A stretch of 64,000 nucleotides of DNA from Thermodesulfobacteriota bacterium (GCA_963422265.1 OY729416.1:32001-96000), one strand, 5' to 3'. Positions 39,964 through 54,694 are shown, counted from the stretch's first letter. Notes: generated by a model not told the origin, from the sequence alone. A program made the numbers and translations.

Positions 39964-40806
39964 TCAAATATAATGAGTTTCTTTTTCAAATCTGTTTGGT
40001 AAATCGTCAATAATATGTTTTACTAAACGCTCGTCGTCGTTAAATTTCACCTTTCTTAACCATCCTTGATCATCAAATTCTTCTTCCACTTTAGCATAAG
40101 TGAATTGGGCATGGACGTTAGGGCTGACGACCAAAATATTTTTCACGTGGTTTCCTAGCCCCTCTATTATGTGATGTAGCTCGAAATATGGTTTTCCATT
40201 TTTAGTTAGAAAACCAAATTTGCTTATTTGACATTTCCCTTTGTATATTTCAACTAAAATTTTACGCATTGAAGCAGGCACTCTCTTCTTAGTGCTAGTA
40301 GTTGTTGGTTTATTGTATTCTCTTGTTTCAATCTTTTCCCTTGACAAACGAAGAAACTCACTATGCACGGTTTCCTCAAAGTCATAGTTGGTGGTCAATG
40401 AAATTTGTTTGAGTATTAAATCCACTTCTCTTTCGTCTTTTGCCTTATCTAATTCTTTCTCCGCCTTTAAGATGGATGCCTTAAACTGATCCTCCGTTAG
40501 AATCCTGTACTTATTTTTTTCGCCTATTACTTGAATAACAAGTTCTTCCCCGGCTTTTATTTGAGATCTTTCATAGAAGTTTTTCATTCCGCCAATTCTG
40601 CACTCTCTACTTGAACTTGTATAGGGTGTGAATTTTTTTGCATAGGGGTATATATCGCTTCCAAAAGCAATGTATATAGTTTTCCTTTCGTTGGGAAAGT
40701 AATCTATCAGAGATGTGGGAATAGCAAGTAGCCCTTTGTTGATTCGGCTTTGCGTAATTTTTACTGTTTTATAACTAAAGAGTATTTTGCTATCAGTTTT
40801 TATCAT
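39964..40806 (-). CDS. AT-rich putative nuclease: B3-like N-terminal domain plus HNH domain
   Basis: C-terminal YFELHHI...N.LVVSPNVH; N-terminal IT.S....LL.IP...FP ... GMKNFY....IKAGEELV resembles a B3 fold. Confidence 0.6.
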   Translation of the reverse strand: MIKTDSKILFSYKTVKITQSRINKGLLAIPTSLIDYFPNERKTIYIAFGSDIYPYAKKFTPYTSSSRECRIGGMKNFYERSQIKAGEELVIQVIGEKNKYRILTEDQFKASILKAEKELDKAKDEREVDLILKQISLTTNYDFEETVHSEFLRLSREKIETREYNKPTTTSTKKRVPASMRKILVEIYKGKCQISKFGFLTKNGKPYFELHHIIEGLGNHVKNILVVSPNVHAQFTYAKVEEEFDDQGWLRKVKFNDDERLVKHIIDDLPNRFEKETHYI

Positions 40807-40852
40807 AAAACATTCCTAGAATACCTAATTTTTCAAATTGCTAAAAATTTTC

Positions 40853-40881
40853 TTGACAACTATATTTTTATGCTCTATATT
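40853..40881 (+). promoter_or_regulatory. rRNA operon sigma70 promoter
   Basis: TTGACA-17 nt-TATATT with an AT-rich UP-like tract upstream; boxA-like GGTCTTTGAAAA near 40989. Confidence 0.7.
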
Positions 40882-41052
40882 TAGAGTCCCTTCAAAAAGG
40901 GGGCGTCTAAAAATGCCCGATGTCTTTGAGTTTCTGGTTGTAGGTATTGCTAGAGTTCTTTAAGTCTGACGATATTAGATGGCGTTTCGGTCTTTGAAAA
41001 TTAAATAGCAGATAAGCAGCGAAGCAGAGCTAAGCAATCGTTTCATTAAATT

Positions 41053-42616
<1,564 letters not shown>

Positions 42617-42735
42617 ATCATGGAGTAAGTATTGTAACGAAGCGGCTTACTCGGCTCTCGTTTGTCTATCTGCTATTCAATTTTGGCGCTCTTTGATGAT
42701 TAGCGGGGCTGCTAGTATTCTATTTATTCTCTGAG

Positions 42736-42809
42736 GGGCCTATAGCTCAGCCGGTCAGAGCGCACCCCTGATAAGGGTGAGGTCGGTGGTTCGAACCCAC
42801 CTAGGCCCA
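42736..42809 (+). tRNA. tRNA-Ile(GAT)
   Basis: GGGCCTA/TAGGCCC acceptor, loop CTGATAA, in the rRNA spacer. Confidence 0.96.
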
Positions 42810-42868
42810 TATCAGATATATCACATGTATCATATAGTGATGCGTTTTGCTGCCTTATTATTATGGAC

Positions 42869-42942
42869 GGGGGTGTAGCTCAGCTTGGGAGAGCGCCTGC
42901 CTTGCAAGCAGGAGGTCGGCGGTTCGAACCCGCTCACCTCCA
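42869..42942 (+). tRNA. tRNA-Ala(TGC)
   Basis: GGGGGTG/CACCTCC acceptor with G3:U70, loop CTTGCAA. Confidence 0.96.
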
Positions 42943-43103
42943 TATAATTAAAGTTAAGCAATACATATTTGCAAGCGATCTTTGACAATTGAACGTTGTG
43001 CTGAGAAAAAATCGAGACGTGTTTTATTATTTATTTACGGCTTTTTATAAGCATGTCCCTGTGAAAGCAGGGATATAATTGCACGGTGGTTTTCATACCT
43101 TGC

Positions 43104-46093
<2,990 letters not shown>

Positions 46094-46191
46094 GCGGGGT
46101 TATGAAAATTACCGTGGACACGCTTGATACCTCAGCGCAACGTTCAATTGTCAAATGTTTCGTTCCTTGCCGTCTATTCCCTCCTACGCCT

Positions 46192-46447
46192 ACTGAATTT
46201 CTGCTTACGCAGGAATAACGGGCTGGGTTATGAATTCCCACCCCTTCCATAATTCGTAGGGGTAACCCTTGTGGTTACCCACACCACCACACCTCAGGGT
46301 GACCACAAGGGTTGCCCCGTCATTCCCAACTTGATTGGGAATCCAGGAATGGTTCAGTAGGCTCACCAACCAGAGGATTGGGGAATGATCACCATTTTCT
46401 ATATACCCCCCCCTTTTTTTAGAAAAAGAGGATACTGGGGGATTTGA
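46192..46447. repeat. Composite palindromic island downstream of 23S
   Basis: GTAGGGGTAACCCTTGTGGTTACCC...GGGTGACCACAAGGGTTGCCCC, GTCATTCCCAACTTGATTGGGAATCCAG and CCTTTTTTTAGAAAAAGAGG. Confidence 0.8.
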
Positions 46448-46458
46448 TAGGGTGTTAG

Positions 46459-47385
46459 TCAAAGGATACTTAGTAACGCCGTGGCAAGGGCACGGGCTTT
46501 TTCTCTATCGGCCATCAGCGTATTGACGACAAAGGACTCTATGCCGATTTCGTTTATTTCCTGCGCCTCGCTGGAGTCTTTGGTATCTATTACCATAACA
46601 TCTAAAAAATCCTGATAGAGTCTCGCTATCTGAGTTGATGAAACTCTTAATCCAAGACCCTTCATTAGCCTATCAGCCGGTCCCCTTAGAGGCACTCCCC
46701 CTATTAAGGGACTTATGCCAATTATTTTTGCCTCCGAGAACTCCAGAGCTTTTCTAATACCATGCACTTGCAATATGGGACCAACACTTATAATAGGATT
46801 GCTTGGGCAAATTATTATCACCCTTGATTCTTTAATCGCCTCCAGCACTCCTGGGGCAGGTTCGGCTTGGTCAATGCCTCTTATCGTAACCCTGTTCACC
46901 TCAATATCCATTTTCCTTTTTACTAAATATTCCTGAAAGTGTATCTCGCCCTCGCACGTCACTACCCACGTCTCGACGTCGGCATCGGTCATCGGCAGGA
47001 TGCTTACGTTGTCGGGAAGCCCCAAATCAGCAGCTATCTTTGACGTTATTTCGCTAGAGGTAAAGCCCTTTTGTTTGAGGCTGGTTCTGAGTATATGGGT
47101 TGCCAGGTCCCTATCACCCAGATTAAACCACGTATCGAGTCCAAAACCGCCTAGCGCCTTAAGGCAGTGAAAGGTGTCGCCCTTAAGTCCCCAGCCCTTT
47201 TGTTTATCGACAATACCACAAAGCCTATATATTATCGTGTCCACATCAGGGGAGATTCTTAAGCCCGAGAAAGTAATATCGTCAGCGGTATTTACAACCA
47301 CGTTGAGGTGCTCTTGCCCAATAATGGCGAGCAGACCTTCCAAGAATTTGGAAGCCCCAACCCCACCTCCCAAAGCCGTTATCAT
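46459..47385 (-). CDS. cofD: 2-phospho-L-lactate transferase (F420 biosynthesis)
   Basis: LGGGVG..KF..G, VNTADD....GL.ISPD.DT..Y, WF.LGDRDLATH, HFQEY and PSNP..S.GPIL. Confidence 0.9.
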   Translation of the reverse strand: MITALGGGVGASKFLEGLLAIIGQEHLNVVVNTADDITFSGLRISPDVDTIIYRLCGIVDKQKGWGLKGDTFHCLKALGGFGLDTWFNLGDRDLATHILRTSLKQKGFTSSEITSKIAADLGLPDNVSILPMTDADVETWVVTCEGEIHFQEYLVKRKMDIEVNRVTIRGIDQAEPAPGVLEAIKESRVIIICPSNPIISVGPILQVHGIRKALEFSEAKIIGISPLIGGVPLRGPADRLMKGLGLRVSSTQIARLYQDFLDVMVIDTKDSSEAQEINEIGIESFVVNTLMADREKARALATALLSIL

Positions 47386-47791
47386 CCTAAGAAACCTCGT
47401 AGGGTGAGAAGAATGGACAAAATCAGAATTAATCCTCTTTAATTTATGATCAGGAATTCATTCTCAGATAAGGTGAGGTTAGGATATTTGAGGAGGCGCC
47501 GGGTGTCAAGTTGGGTAGCCATTGCCAACCGGAGAAAAAACGGCTTCGGATGCATGAGCTCTTAGCAAGTATCTCAAATCTCCTTTTTCTAATGACATCT
47601 GCAGGTATGTCTTGAGCAGAGTTTAAGGATAGTTTCGCCTCATCGTTGCTTGCTAATCTGGCTATACTATGTATTTTAATTGGGCAAGCGTCTAGCGAAT
47701 ATGGGGATAGATATGATGGAGGGGATAGATACGGAATATGATATGACGGAATAGATTATGAAAGAGAAACAAATAGAGGAACGTTAAGTCT

Positions 47792-49411
47792 ATGAGCCTT
47801 GACCTTATAAGAAGAAAACACAAGTGGCTTACAAGAATCGTCCTGTTCTTCATTTCAGCTACGTTCATTTTCGGCATCGGATACTTTACAACCGATTTTG
47901 GCTCTTTCACAGGTGGTGCAACCGAGTCGGCGGCTAAGGTAAACGGCGAGAACGTCAGCTTTACCGAATTCTACCTGCAGCGAAATAGTATAGTGTCAAG
48001 ATTGAGAGAGCAGGGAATCAGCGATCCTTCCACACTAGGCATATCGGACGCGCAAATTGACGCGTCGGCTCTTGAGAACTCTATTGACTTAAAGCTACTG
48101 GCGCAAAAAGCAAGAGAACTTGGTTTCATAGTGAGCGACAAGGAAGTGAACGAGTTGATTCATTCTAATCCCAGTTTTCAGTCAGAGGGCAAATTTATCG
48201 GCACGGAAAACTACAAGAACTTTATTAAGCAAGCTCTAAACATGATGCCCGAAGAGTTTGAACAATATACGAGAGAGCAAACCCTAGCGCAAAGGCTACT
48301 GGAATTTATAGAACGAACGGCAATAGTAAGTGATGCGGGCCTACTCAACTCATATAAAAATCAGAACGAGAAAATAAATCTATACTACATAGCCTTTTCA
48401 GGAGATGACTTTACCGATTCGCACCCGCTAGCGGACGACGAAATAGAGAATTATTACAAAACCCACACCATAAGGTTTATGACTCCCGAGCTAAGGGCAA
48501 TCCGCTATCTAATTATAACTCCAGAGATCTTTGAAGCCAGGGCAGAGGTATCGGACGAAGAGATAAGAGCCTATTACAACGCTTATCCCGAGGAATTTAC
48601 GCCCGAAGACGAGGGAGCTACGAAGTCCCTCTCGGACGTAAAGGACGAGATCAAGTCCGAGCTAAAGAAGCAGCGCGGCGAGCAAGCGCTGCAGGAGCTT
48701 TTGGATGCTATTAATAAAGGTGCTTCAGGCGGGAAAACCGTAGATACGACAGCCCAAGAGAACGGCATCAAGTCAATTAGTGAAAGTCCGCTCTTTTCCG
48801 CCTCAGAGATTTTAGATGACATACCGCATGAGATCAGTAAACGGAGCTTTAAGATGAAAAAGGGAGAAACCGCCTTTACCCCTATAGAGACGAGCGTATG
48901 GGTTGTGGAAGTCAAAAAGATCACTCCCCCCCGCGAGAAAAGCCTAGATGAGTCTAAGGAGGAAATAATAGCCCTGCTCAAGAAGCAGAACACCAGAACT
49001 GCGGTTAGACAAAAGGCTGAGGAGACTCTGACAAGACTGAAAAAGATCAAAAAGGAAGCTCTACTAAAGGAGGCGACGGCACTGGGCTTGGAGTTAAAGG
49101 AAACAGGGTTTTTTACGCGGGGCGAAAGTATCTCGGAAATTGGCGTTGAGAATCTCAGTAGCGAGGCTTTTGATATTGACGAGGCATTGTCTGTATCAAA
49201 CAAGCTTTACTCAAGCGGGAATGATTTCTACATAGTTTCTATAAAAGAAAGGCAAAGCGCTAAAATCGAAGAATTTGAGCAGGAAAAATACGCTCTAGAA
49301 GAACAAGAACTCTTTTTACAAAAAAGAGATGTTACCCAAAACTGGCTTGAAGATATGAGAAGAGAGGCAGAAATTAGATCAAATGACGAGCTGTTTTCCA
49401 ATCGGCAATAG
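47792..49411 (+). CDS. PpiD/SurA-N-domain periplasmic chaperone
   Basis: M...IR plus N-terminal TM; A.VNGE..S; A..LG..VSD.EV...I...P.FQ..G.F. Confidence 0.8.
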   Translation: MSLDLIRRKHKWLTRIVLFFISATFIFGIGYFTTDFGSFTGGATESAAKVNGENVSFTEFYLQRNSIVSRLREQGISDPSTLGISDAQIDASALENSIDLKLLAQKARELGFIVSDKEVNELIHSNPSFQSEGKFIGTENYKNFIKQALNMMPEEFEQYTREQTLAQRLLEFIERTAIVSDAGLLNSYKNQNEKINLYYIAFSGDDFTDSHPLADDEIENYYKTHTIRFMTPELRAIRYLIITPEIFEARAEVSDEEIRAYYNAYPEEFTPEDEGATKSLSDVKDEIKSELKKQRGEQALQELLDAINKGASGGKTVDTTAQENGIKSISESPLFSASEILDDIPHEISKRSFKMKKGETAFTPIETSVWVVEVKKITPPREKSLDESKEEIIALLKKQNTRTAVRQKAEETLTRLKKIKKEALLKEATALGLELKETGFFTRGESISEIGVENLSSEAFDIDEALSVSNKLYSSGNDFYIVSIKERQSAKIEEFEQEKYALEEQELFLQKRDVTQNWLEDMRREAEIRSNDELFSNRQ

Positions 49412-49461
49412 GAAGCCTCGCTCAAACTCAAACGGCGCAACAGCACGTCCCCAGTAGTAAG

Positions 49462-50793
49462 CTAACCGACTAAAACTATGCCAATGTCCATAACGTTGGT
49501 TCCGGTAGGTCCCGTGATAACAAGATCGCCCAGCTTATCAAAGAAATCATAGGAATTATGGCGAACAAGGTGCTCCCTTGCGCTCACCCCTATCTCCCTT
49601 GCGCGTAGCCTGCTCCATCCATCACAGATTGCCCCCGCCGCGTCAATCTGTCCATCTATACCATCCGTATCACAGAAAAGCCCCACTATGTCGCGCCCCA
49701 TAGCCTCCATACAGAAAGACAGGGCGGTTTCAGTGTTTCTTCCACCTTTTCCGACGCTGTCGCTCGTTAAGGTGACGGTGGTTTCACCTCCGAATATTAT
49801 GCAGGATGGCCTTTCCACGGGGACGTCAAATCTTTCTATATCAAAAGCTATAGAGGCTATTATTTTAGCGACTTCCTTAGCTTCGCCTTTGACTTGTGAA
49901 GAGAGCATTAGCGCATTATAACCCAGGTCTCTTGCCTTTCTTTGTGCTGCTAACAGCGAAGTAAAATTGCCCCCGATTATAAGGTTATGCACCTTTTCTG
50001 GGGGGATTTCCCCTTCCTTGAGGGTTTCCTGGGAGTTCCCTCTTGCCCCTTCCTCGAGATGAACTACCACCTGAGGGGGTAGCTTATGATCTATTTCTAG
50101 CGCTTCTATCACGCGGCAGGCATCATCAAACGTTGTAGAGTCGGGGACGGTGTGCCCTGAGGCTATCGCATCCAATCTATCACTAACCACGTTGGATAGA
50201 ATTAAGGTTATTACCTGAGCAGGTAAGGCTTTTTTAAGAAGCCCCCCGCCTTTTATTTGGGATACATGCTTTCTAACCGCGTTCAGTCCGTTCTTATCTA
50301 CCCCCGACCTAAGGAGGATAGACGTCGTCTTTCTTATGTCATCTAGCGTAAGACCGTGTGAAGGCATTGCTAAAAGGGCACTTCCTCCCCCTGAAATGAG
50401 AAAGATTACGAGATCCTTGCTCTGAGCCCTCTCAAGGATGGATAAAACTTTTGCGGCGGCGGCCAAGCTCCTTTCATTAGGCACGGGATGACTCGAAAGG
50501 TAAAAGTCCAATTTACTAAATTTGTTATAGGGCAGGGAATTAGAGACGACGACTCCTCCATCCAACCTATCACCTAATACTCCTTCTATCGCTTCAGCCA
50601 TAGAGCTTGCGGCTTTCCCGAATGAAATCACAAAGACCGAGTCAAATTCGTCAAGATCATATAACTTGGAATCTACAGTAAGGACGTTCTCCTTGAGGCT
50701 AACGTAATCCAAGACGCATTTTCGCGGGTTAGCGGCTTCTACAGCCTCTCTGTATATCTCAACTGCTTTATCTCTCGCTTGTTTAAAGTCCAT
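49462..50793 (-). CDS. Class II glycerate kinase (DUF4147/MOFRL)
   Basis: GKAA..MA, HPVP, LISGGGSAL, RKH.S..KGG, GGETTV, GGRN.E, TDG.DG and TGPTGTNV.D. Confidence 0.9.
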   Translation of the reverse strand: MDFKQARDKAVEIYREAVEAANPRKCVLDYVSLKENVLTVDSKLYDLDEFDSVFVISFGKAASSMAEAIEGVLGDRLDGGVVVSNSLPYNKFSKLDFYLSSHPVPNERSLAAAAKVLSILERAQSKDLVIFLISGGGSALLAMPSHGLTLDDIRKTTSILLRSGVDKNGLNAVRKHVSQIKGGGLLKKALPAQVITLILSNVVSDRLDAIASGHTVPDSTTFDDACRVIEALEIDHKLPPQVVVHLEEGARGNSQETLKEGEIPPEKVHNLIIGGNFTSLLAAQRKARDLGYNALMLSSQVKGEAKEVAKIIASIAFDIERFDVPVERPSCIIFGGETTVTLTSDSVGKGGRNTETALSFCMEAMGRDIVGLFCDTDGIDGQIDAAGAICDGWSRLRAREIGVSAREHLVRHNSYDFFDKLGDLVITGPTGTNVMDIGIVLVG

Positions 50794-50830
50794 TTATCAT
50801 ACGAATTATCATACGAATCGTAGTCAAAGC

Positions 50831-51319
50831 TTAGTCTCTTCCAAGCTCATCTATTAATTTATCTACGTCTTTTTTCGTGACGTTCTCCTTGAGACTTTCG
50901 TCCACAAGCATTACGGGCGACGTTCCGCACGATGCTAGACATTCTGCTTCCATAAGGGTTATTTGCCCATCCGCCGTAGTCTCACCCGTTTTAATCCTTA
51001 GTCTATCGCACATGTAACGCTCTATGTGTTCAGCCCCCCTTAGCGCGCATGACAACGTTCTGCAGAGCCATATTACGTGTTTTCCAACTGGCTCCGTAAA
51101 GAACATCGTGTAGAACGTGGCGACGTTCCTGACGCTTGCGGGTGAAATCTCTAAAATCTTCGCGACCTTCTCCATAGAATCCGTTGATAGAAATCCGTGC
51201 TCCTTCTGCACCTCCCTAAGCACCGGAATCAATGCCGATTGCTTAGTCTCAGACTTCGAGATTGCCGAATTTATCTTGTCTGTTAGGGTTTGAGAAAAGG
51301 GCATCTTTACGCTCTCCAA
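50831..51319 (-). CDS. nuoE: NADH:quinone oxidoreductase subunit E (2Fe-2S), stand-alone
   Basis: V.TFYTMF, C.TLSC.L.G and ECL.SC...P. Confidence 0.9.
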   Translation of the reverse strand: MESVKMPFSQTLTDKINSAISKSETKQSALIPVLREVQKEHGFLSTDSMEKVAKILEISPASVRNVATFYTMFFTEPVGKHVIWLCRTLSCALRGAEHIERYMCDRLRIKTGETTADGQITLMEAECLASCGTSPVMLVDESLKENVTKKDVDKLIDELGRD

Positions 51320-51385
51320 CTCTTTAGGCTGAAAAGCTTACATGGTTTGATAACGTTCGCAAGACTGGGATAGAAGGGATTGTCG

Positions 51386-52060
51386 CTAGGACCGCGCTGG
51401 TTTCCACGGCGAGTAATCTATTTTGTGTATTACACTCATGGAAAACGATGCAGATCGAGACAGCTTTTCTCCATACTCTAATATCCATTCATGGGGAGCG
51501 TCTGAATAAAAATCGTTAAGCGTCATCCAGCTTCCACTGCTTAGAATTCCGCCGTCTATTACGTTTGCGAGAAACGCAGTCATGTCGCCGCCGTCCATTG
51601 CGTTAATAATTTTACACTCCGCATAAGAGTGAGCATCATTGAGAATGGGACTTCCCGTTATTCCAAGTCTATAGGGTACACCTTTGAATTTCTTTCTTTC
51701 CCTTCCCGTGTAGAAGCCAAAGTTCTTTACTAATTCAAGTTGGTCTTTTCTAAGTAAATGAACCGTAAAAGCCCCGCTATTGGATATGAGCTCGTGAGTG
51801 TAGTTGCCCTTCCAGATACCTACAAGAAGCCTCGGCACTTCGTGTATTATTGAGGACGTAACGACGGTCACGGCGATCTGCCCATTCACCTTGATTTTTT
51901 CAGCTCCATCTCGCCCGGAATCATTAGAACCAGGATCATTAGAACCAGGATCATTAGAACATGAGCTCGTAATAACAACCACCGGAGAAAAAGACCAAAA
52001 AGCCCCTGCTACGACTCCACCTTCTTCTTTACCCATAATAGACATCTTAATTATATTCAA
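51386..52060 (-). CDS. Flavin reductase-like protein (start uncertain)
   Basis: V.V.TS...NG, P.L.V.I.K...TH.LI..SG.F, FG..TGR...KF and G.PIL; inserted SNDPG repeat. Confidence 0.8.
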   Translation of the reverse strand: MNIIKMSIMGKEEGGVVAGAFWSFSPVVVITSSCSNDPGSNDPGSNDSGRDGAEKIKVNGQIAVTVVTSSIIHEVPRLLVGIWKGNYTHELISNSGAFTVHLLRKDQLELVKNFGFYTGRERKKFKGVPYRLGITGSPILNDAHSYAECKIINAMDGGDMTAFLANVIDGGILSSGSWMTLNDFYSDAPHEWILEYGEKLSRSASFSMSVIHKIDYSPWKPARS

Positions 52061-52285
52061 GTATTGGGTAAAAGACGAATAAAGAATCTTTCAGACGAGA
52101 GAAATACTGAAGATTGTTACCACGGCAGATTGTTACCACGGCAAAGCGCTAAAATCCCTTGACTTACCGGAAAAAAAGTGTAACTATTCTGATATATATT
52201 AGTTTAGTTAGGAAATCATCTAGTAATTTATGCGGTGCCAAAATTATTTAGTGCCAAAATTATTTAGTGGGAGGTAACAATAAGA

Positions 52286-53020
52286 ATGAGGATGATTCTA
52301 AAAGGAAAACTTGCCTCGGCTGTGATTTGTATCGCTCTAGTAGCATTTCTGGGTTTTGGCTGTGCTTCTAAGAGCGTAATCAGTAAAGCGAACAAGGGGA
52401 TGGCGGATGCCGAGAAGGCTCTACAAGACGCTAAAGCGGCGGGAGCCGAAGGCTTGCCTGAATATCAGGCTGCGGAAGAGCTAATAGCCAAAGCCCGGGC
52501 TATGATGACGGAAGGCAACCACGAGGCGGCTCAGTATTATCTTGAGGAAGCCTCATTCAGAGCTATAGAGGCTAAAGGCAAGGCGGAAAGTCAAGCATAC
52601 GAGAGACAGGCTGACATAGAGGCTGAAGAGGAAAGACTAAGATGGCTAGAGGCTGCTAAGTCCAACTACGGTCTTGTGGATGTATTTTTTGCATTTGACC
52701 AGTCGAGCATCTCGCCTGATTCCAAAACCACGCTGAACAATAACTCAAAAATAATAAAAGATAGCTCCGATAAGTTTCAAGCCGTCATTATAGAGGGTTA
52801 CTGCGACGTGCGCGGCACGGAAGAATATAATCTGGCTCTGGGACAGAGAAGAGCCGATTCGGCGAAGAATTATCTGATTGGTCTCGGTGTTCCCCCTGAA
52901 TTGGTGCAAGCTGTAAGCAAGGGAGAGACCGAGCAGTTCGCCTCCGGTGCTAGCGAGAGTAGCTATGACCAAAACCGAAGGGCTCATTTCGTTCCAGCCG
53001 TGCAATCTCCCGGTCTTTAG
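52286..53020 (+). CDS. Pal/OmpA-family lipoprotein with helical N-terminal domain
   Basis: Lipobox FGC; VFF.FD.S, IEG.CD.RGT.EYN.ALG.RRA, S.GE and NRRA; precedes a cpoB-like gene. Confidence 0.85.
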   Translation: MRMILKGKLASAVICIALVAFLGFGCASKSVISKANKGMADAEKALQDAKAAGAEGLPEYQAAEELIAKARAMMTEGNHEAAQYYLEEASFRAIEAKGKAESQAYERQADIEAEEERLRWLEAAKSNYGLVDVFFAFDQSSISPDSKTTLNNNSKIIKDSSDKFQAVIIEGYCDVRGTEEYNLALGQRRADSAKNYLIGLGVPPELVQAVSKGETEQFASGASESSYDQNRRAHFVPAVQSPGL

Positions 53021-53038
53021 AAGTATAGGGTAAGACAG

Positions 53039-53761
53039 ATGACTAAAACCATAAATGTTATTTTGCTAGTCTCAATTTCAGTCCTGGTATCCGGATGCGT
53101 AGCTACCCAAGGGGATATGGGTAGCATTTACGAGCGGCAGAACAGGCTTGAAGCTACGATTGACAGGCTCTCAAGTGAAATTCAAGCAGTTAAAATATCC
53201 CAGGAAGAGACGGCGGGAATAGACGTTGAGCTTAGAGAAAAGGTTTTCCAAATCGAGAACCAGGTGCAGGAGCTTAATAGCTCCTACGAGGATCTCCGTA
53301 GAAAAACGGACAACTTCAGATATAACCCGCCGCCGAGCCTTTCAATTGGTGAGGTGCCCCCCCCTAGTGCTGAAGAACCTAGTGAAAATTCAGTCTATGC
53401 CGAGGCGGAGGGTGCTTTGAGTGATGGAAGATACGAAGAAGCGAGGGAACGGTTTAGATTGTTTCTGTCTAAATACCCCGATTCCTCTAAGGCGGCCGAC
53501 GCTACGTATGGGATCGCCGAATCTTTCTATAGAGAGAAAGAATTTGAGGGTGCTATACTAGCATACCAGAGATTTATCGGTTTCTATCCGGACGACCAAA
53601 GGGTTCCGTTATGCTATTTGAAACAGGGTTCTTCTTTGATAGAGATGGGCAGAAAAGAGGAAGGCAAGTTGTTTTTGGAGATATTAATCGATAAATACCC
53701 GGAATCTGAGGAGGCTAAAACAGCGAAAGAAAATATAAAAGAGCTTGCAATCCAATCCTGA
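53039..53761 (+). CDS. cpoB: Tol-Pal protein YbgF/CpoB (coiled coil plus TPR)
   Basis: Lipobox SGC, coiled coil, TPR pattern F...YP.S..A..A.Y...E; follows the pal-like gene. Confidence 0.8.
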   Translation: MTKTINVILLVSISVLVSGCVATQGDMGSIYERQNRLEATIDRLSSEIQAVKISQEETAGIDVELREKVFQIENQVQELNSSYEDLRRKTDNFRYNPPPSLSIGEVPPPSAEEPSENSVYAEAEGALSDGRYEEARERFRLFLSKYPDSSKAADATYGIAESFYREKEFEGAILAYQRFIGFYPDDQRVPLCYLKQGSSLIEMGRKEEGKLFLEILIDKYPESEEAKTAKENIKELAIQS

Positions 53762-53935
53762 ATGTTTTATTATATTTGACTACTGTATATAAAGGGTGGT
53801 CCGAGTTCTTTAGAGGAACCCTAATGTGAGGACAGAATGTCTAAGAGCGAATACAGCATAGAGTAAAGTAATAAAAACCAAATAAAAACCAATAGGGAAA
53901 GTAAAAAATAGGAAAAAACAGGGAGGTATTATAGA

Positions 53936-54694
53936 ATGAACAACAGTAGTAGTAAGAACGATAAGATAAACGATAAGATAAAAAGACATAGGTTAACGTT
54001 TTTAGGCGTCCCGTTGCTAGTTGTTGCATTACTTTATTTGTCCAGTTGCGCGACACCACCTCCAATAAAAGAGCTTGCGGCTGCCGAGTCCGCCGTAGCC
54101 GTATCAAGAGCAACTTGCGATCAGTGTGGGGAAGACTGTAGCAAAGAGGAGCTAAAAGCCGCTGAATCCACATTAGCCAGAGGCAAGGCTTTATTCGAAG
54201 AATTTTGCTCGGAGCTCGAAGCGCAGAGGGTGCTTATAGATGCTAAAACTAAGGCTGATGACGCTAAGCAGGTATGCACGCCCCCTCCACCGCCCCCCCC
54301 CCCACCGCCACCGCCACCCGATATGAATGATATACTCTTTGATCTTGATAGATCCAACATTAGAGCTGACGCCGCTGCCGTGCTAAAGGAGAATGCTGCG
54401 ATTCTAAGTTTGTATCCTAACATCACCGTGCTTGTAGAAGGATACGCCGACGTTAGAGGTCCGGAGGCTTACAACTCTAAATTAGCACAGGAAAGAGCTG
54501 ACGCCGCCAAAGACTTCCTAGTCAACGAGGGGATAGACCCTTCAAGAATTAGCGTTACCAGCGGTGGTGAAACAGAGCAGTTCGGTACTGGGAAGACGAA
54601 GGAAATTTACCAGTCTAACAGAAGGGCTCACTTCGTCGTTACGTCTCCAACTACCAGGTTAGGCGCAAGGCTTATATTTAAGTACGATAGTTAA
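53936..54694 (+). CDS. Second OmpA/Pal-family lipoprotein with Cys-rich helical domain and Pro13 linker
   Basis: Lipobox LSSC; ILFD.D.S.I, VEG.AD.RG...YN..L...RA and NRRA. Confidence 0.85.
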   Translation: MNNSSSKNDKINDKIKRHRLTFLGVPLLVVALLYLSSCATPPPIKELAAAESAVAVSRATCDQCGEDCSKEELKAAESTLARGKALFEEFCSELEAQRVLIDAKTKADDAKQVCTPPPPPPPPPPPPPDMNDILFDLDRSNIRADAAAVLKENAAILSLYPNITVLVEGYADVRGPEAYNSKLAQERADAAKDFLVNEGIDPSRISVTSGGETEQFGTGKTKEIYQSNRRAHFVVTSPTTRLGARLIFKYDS

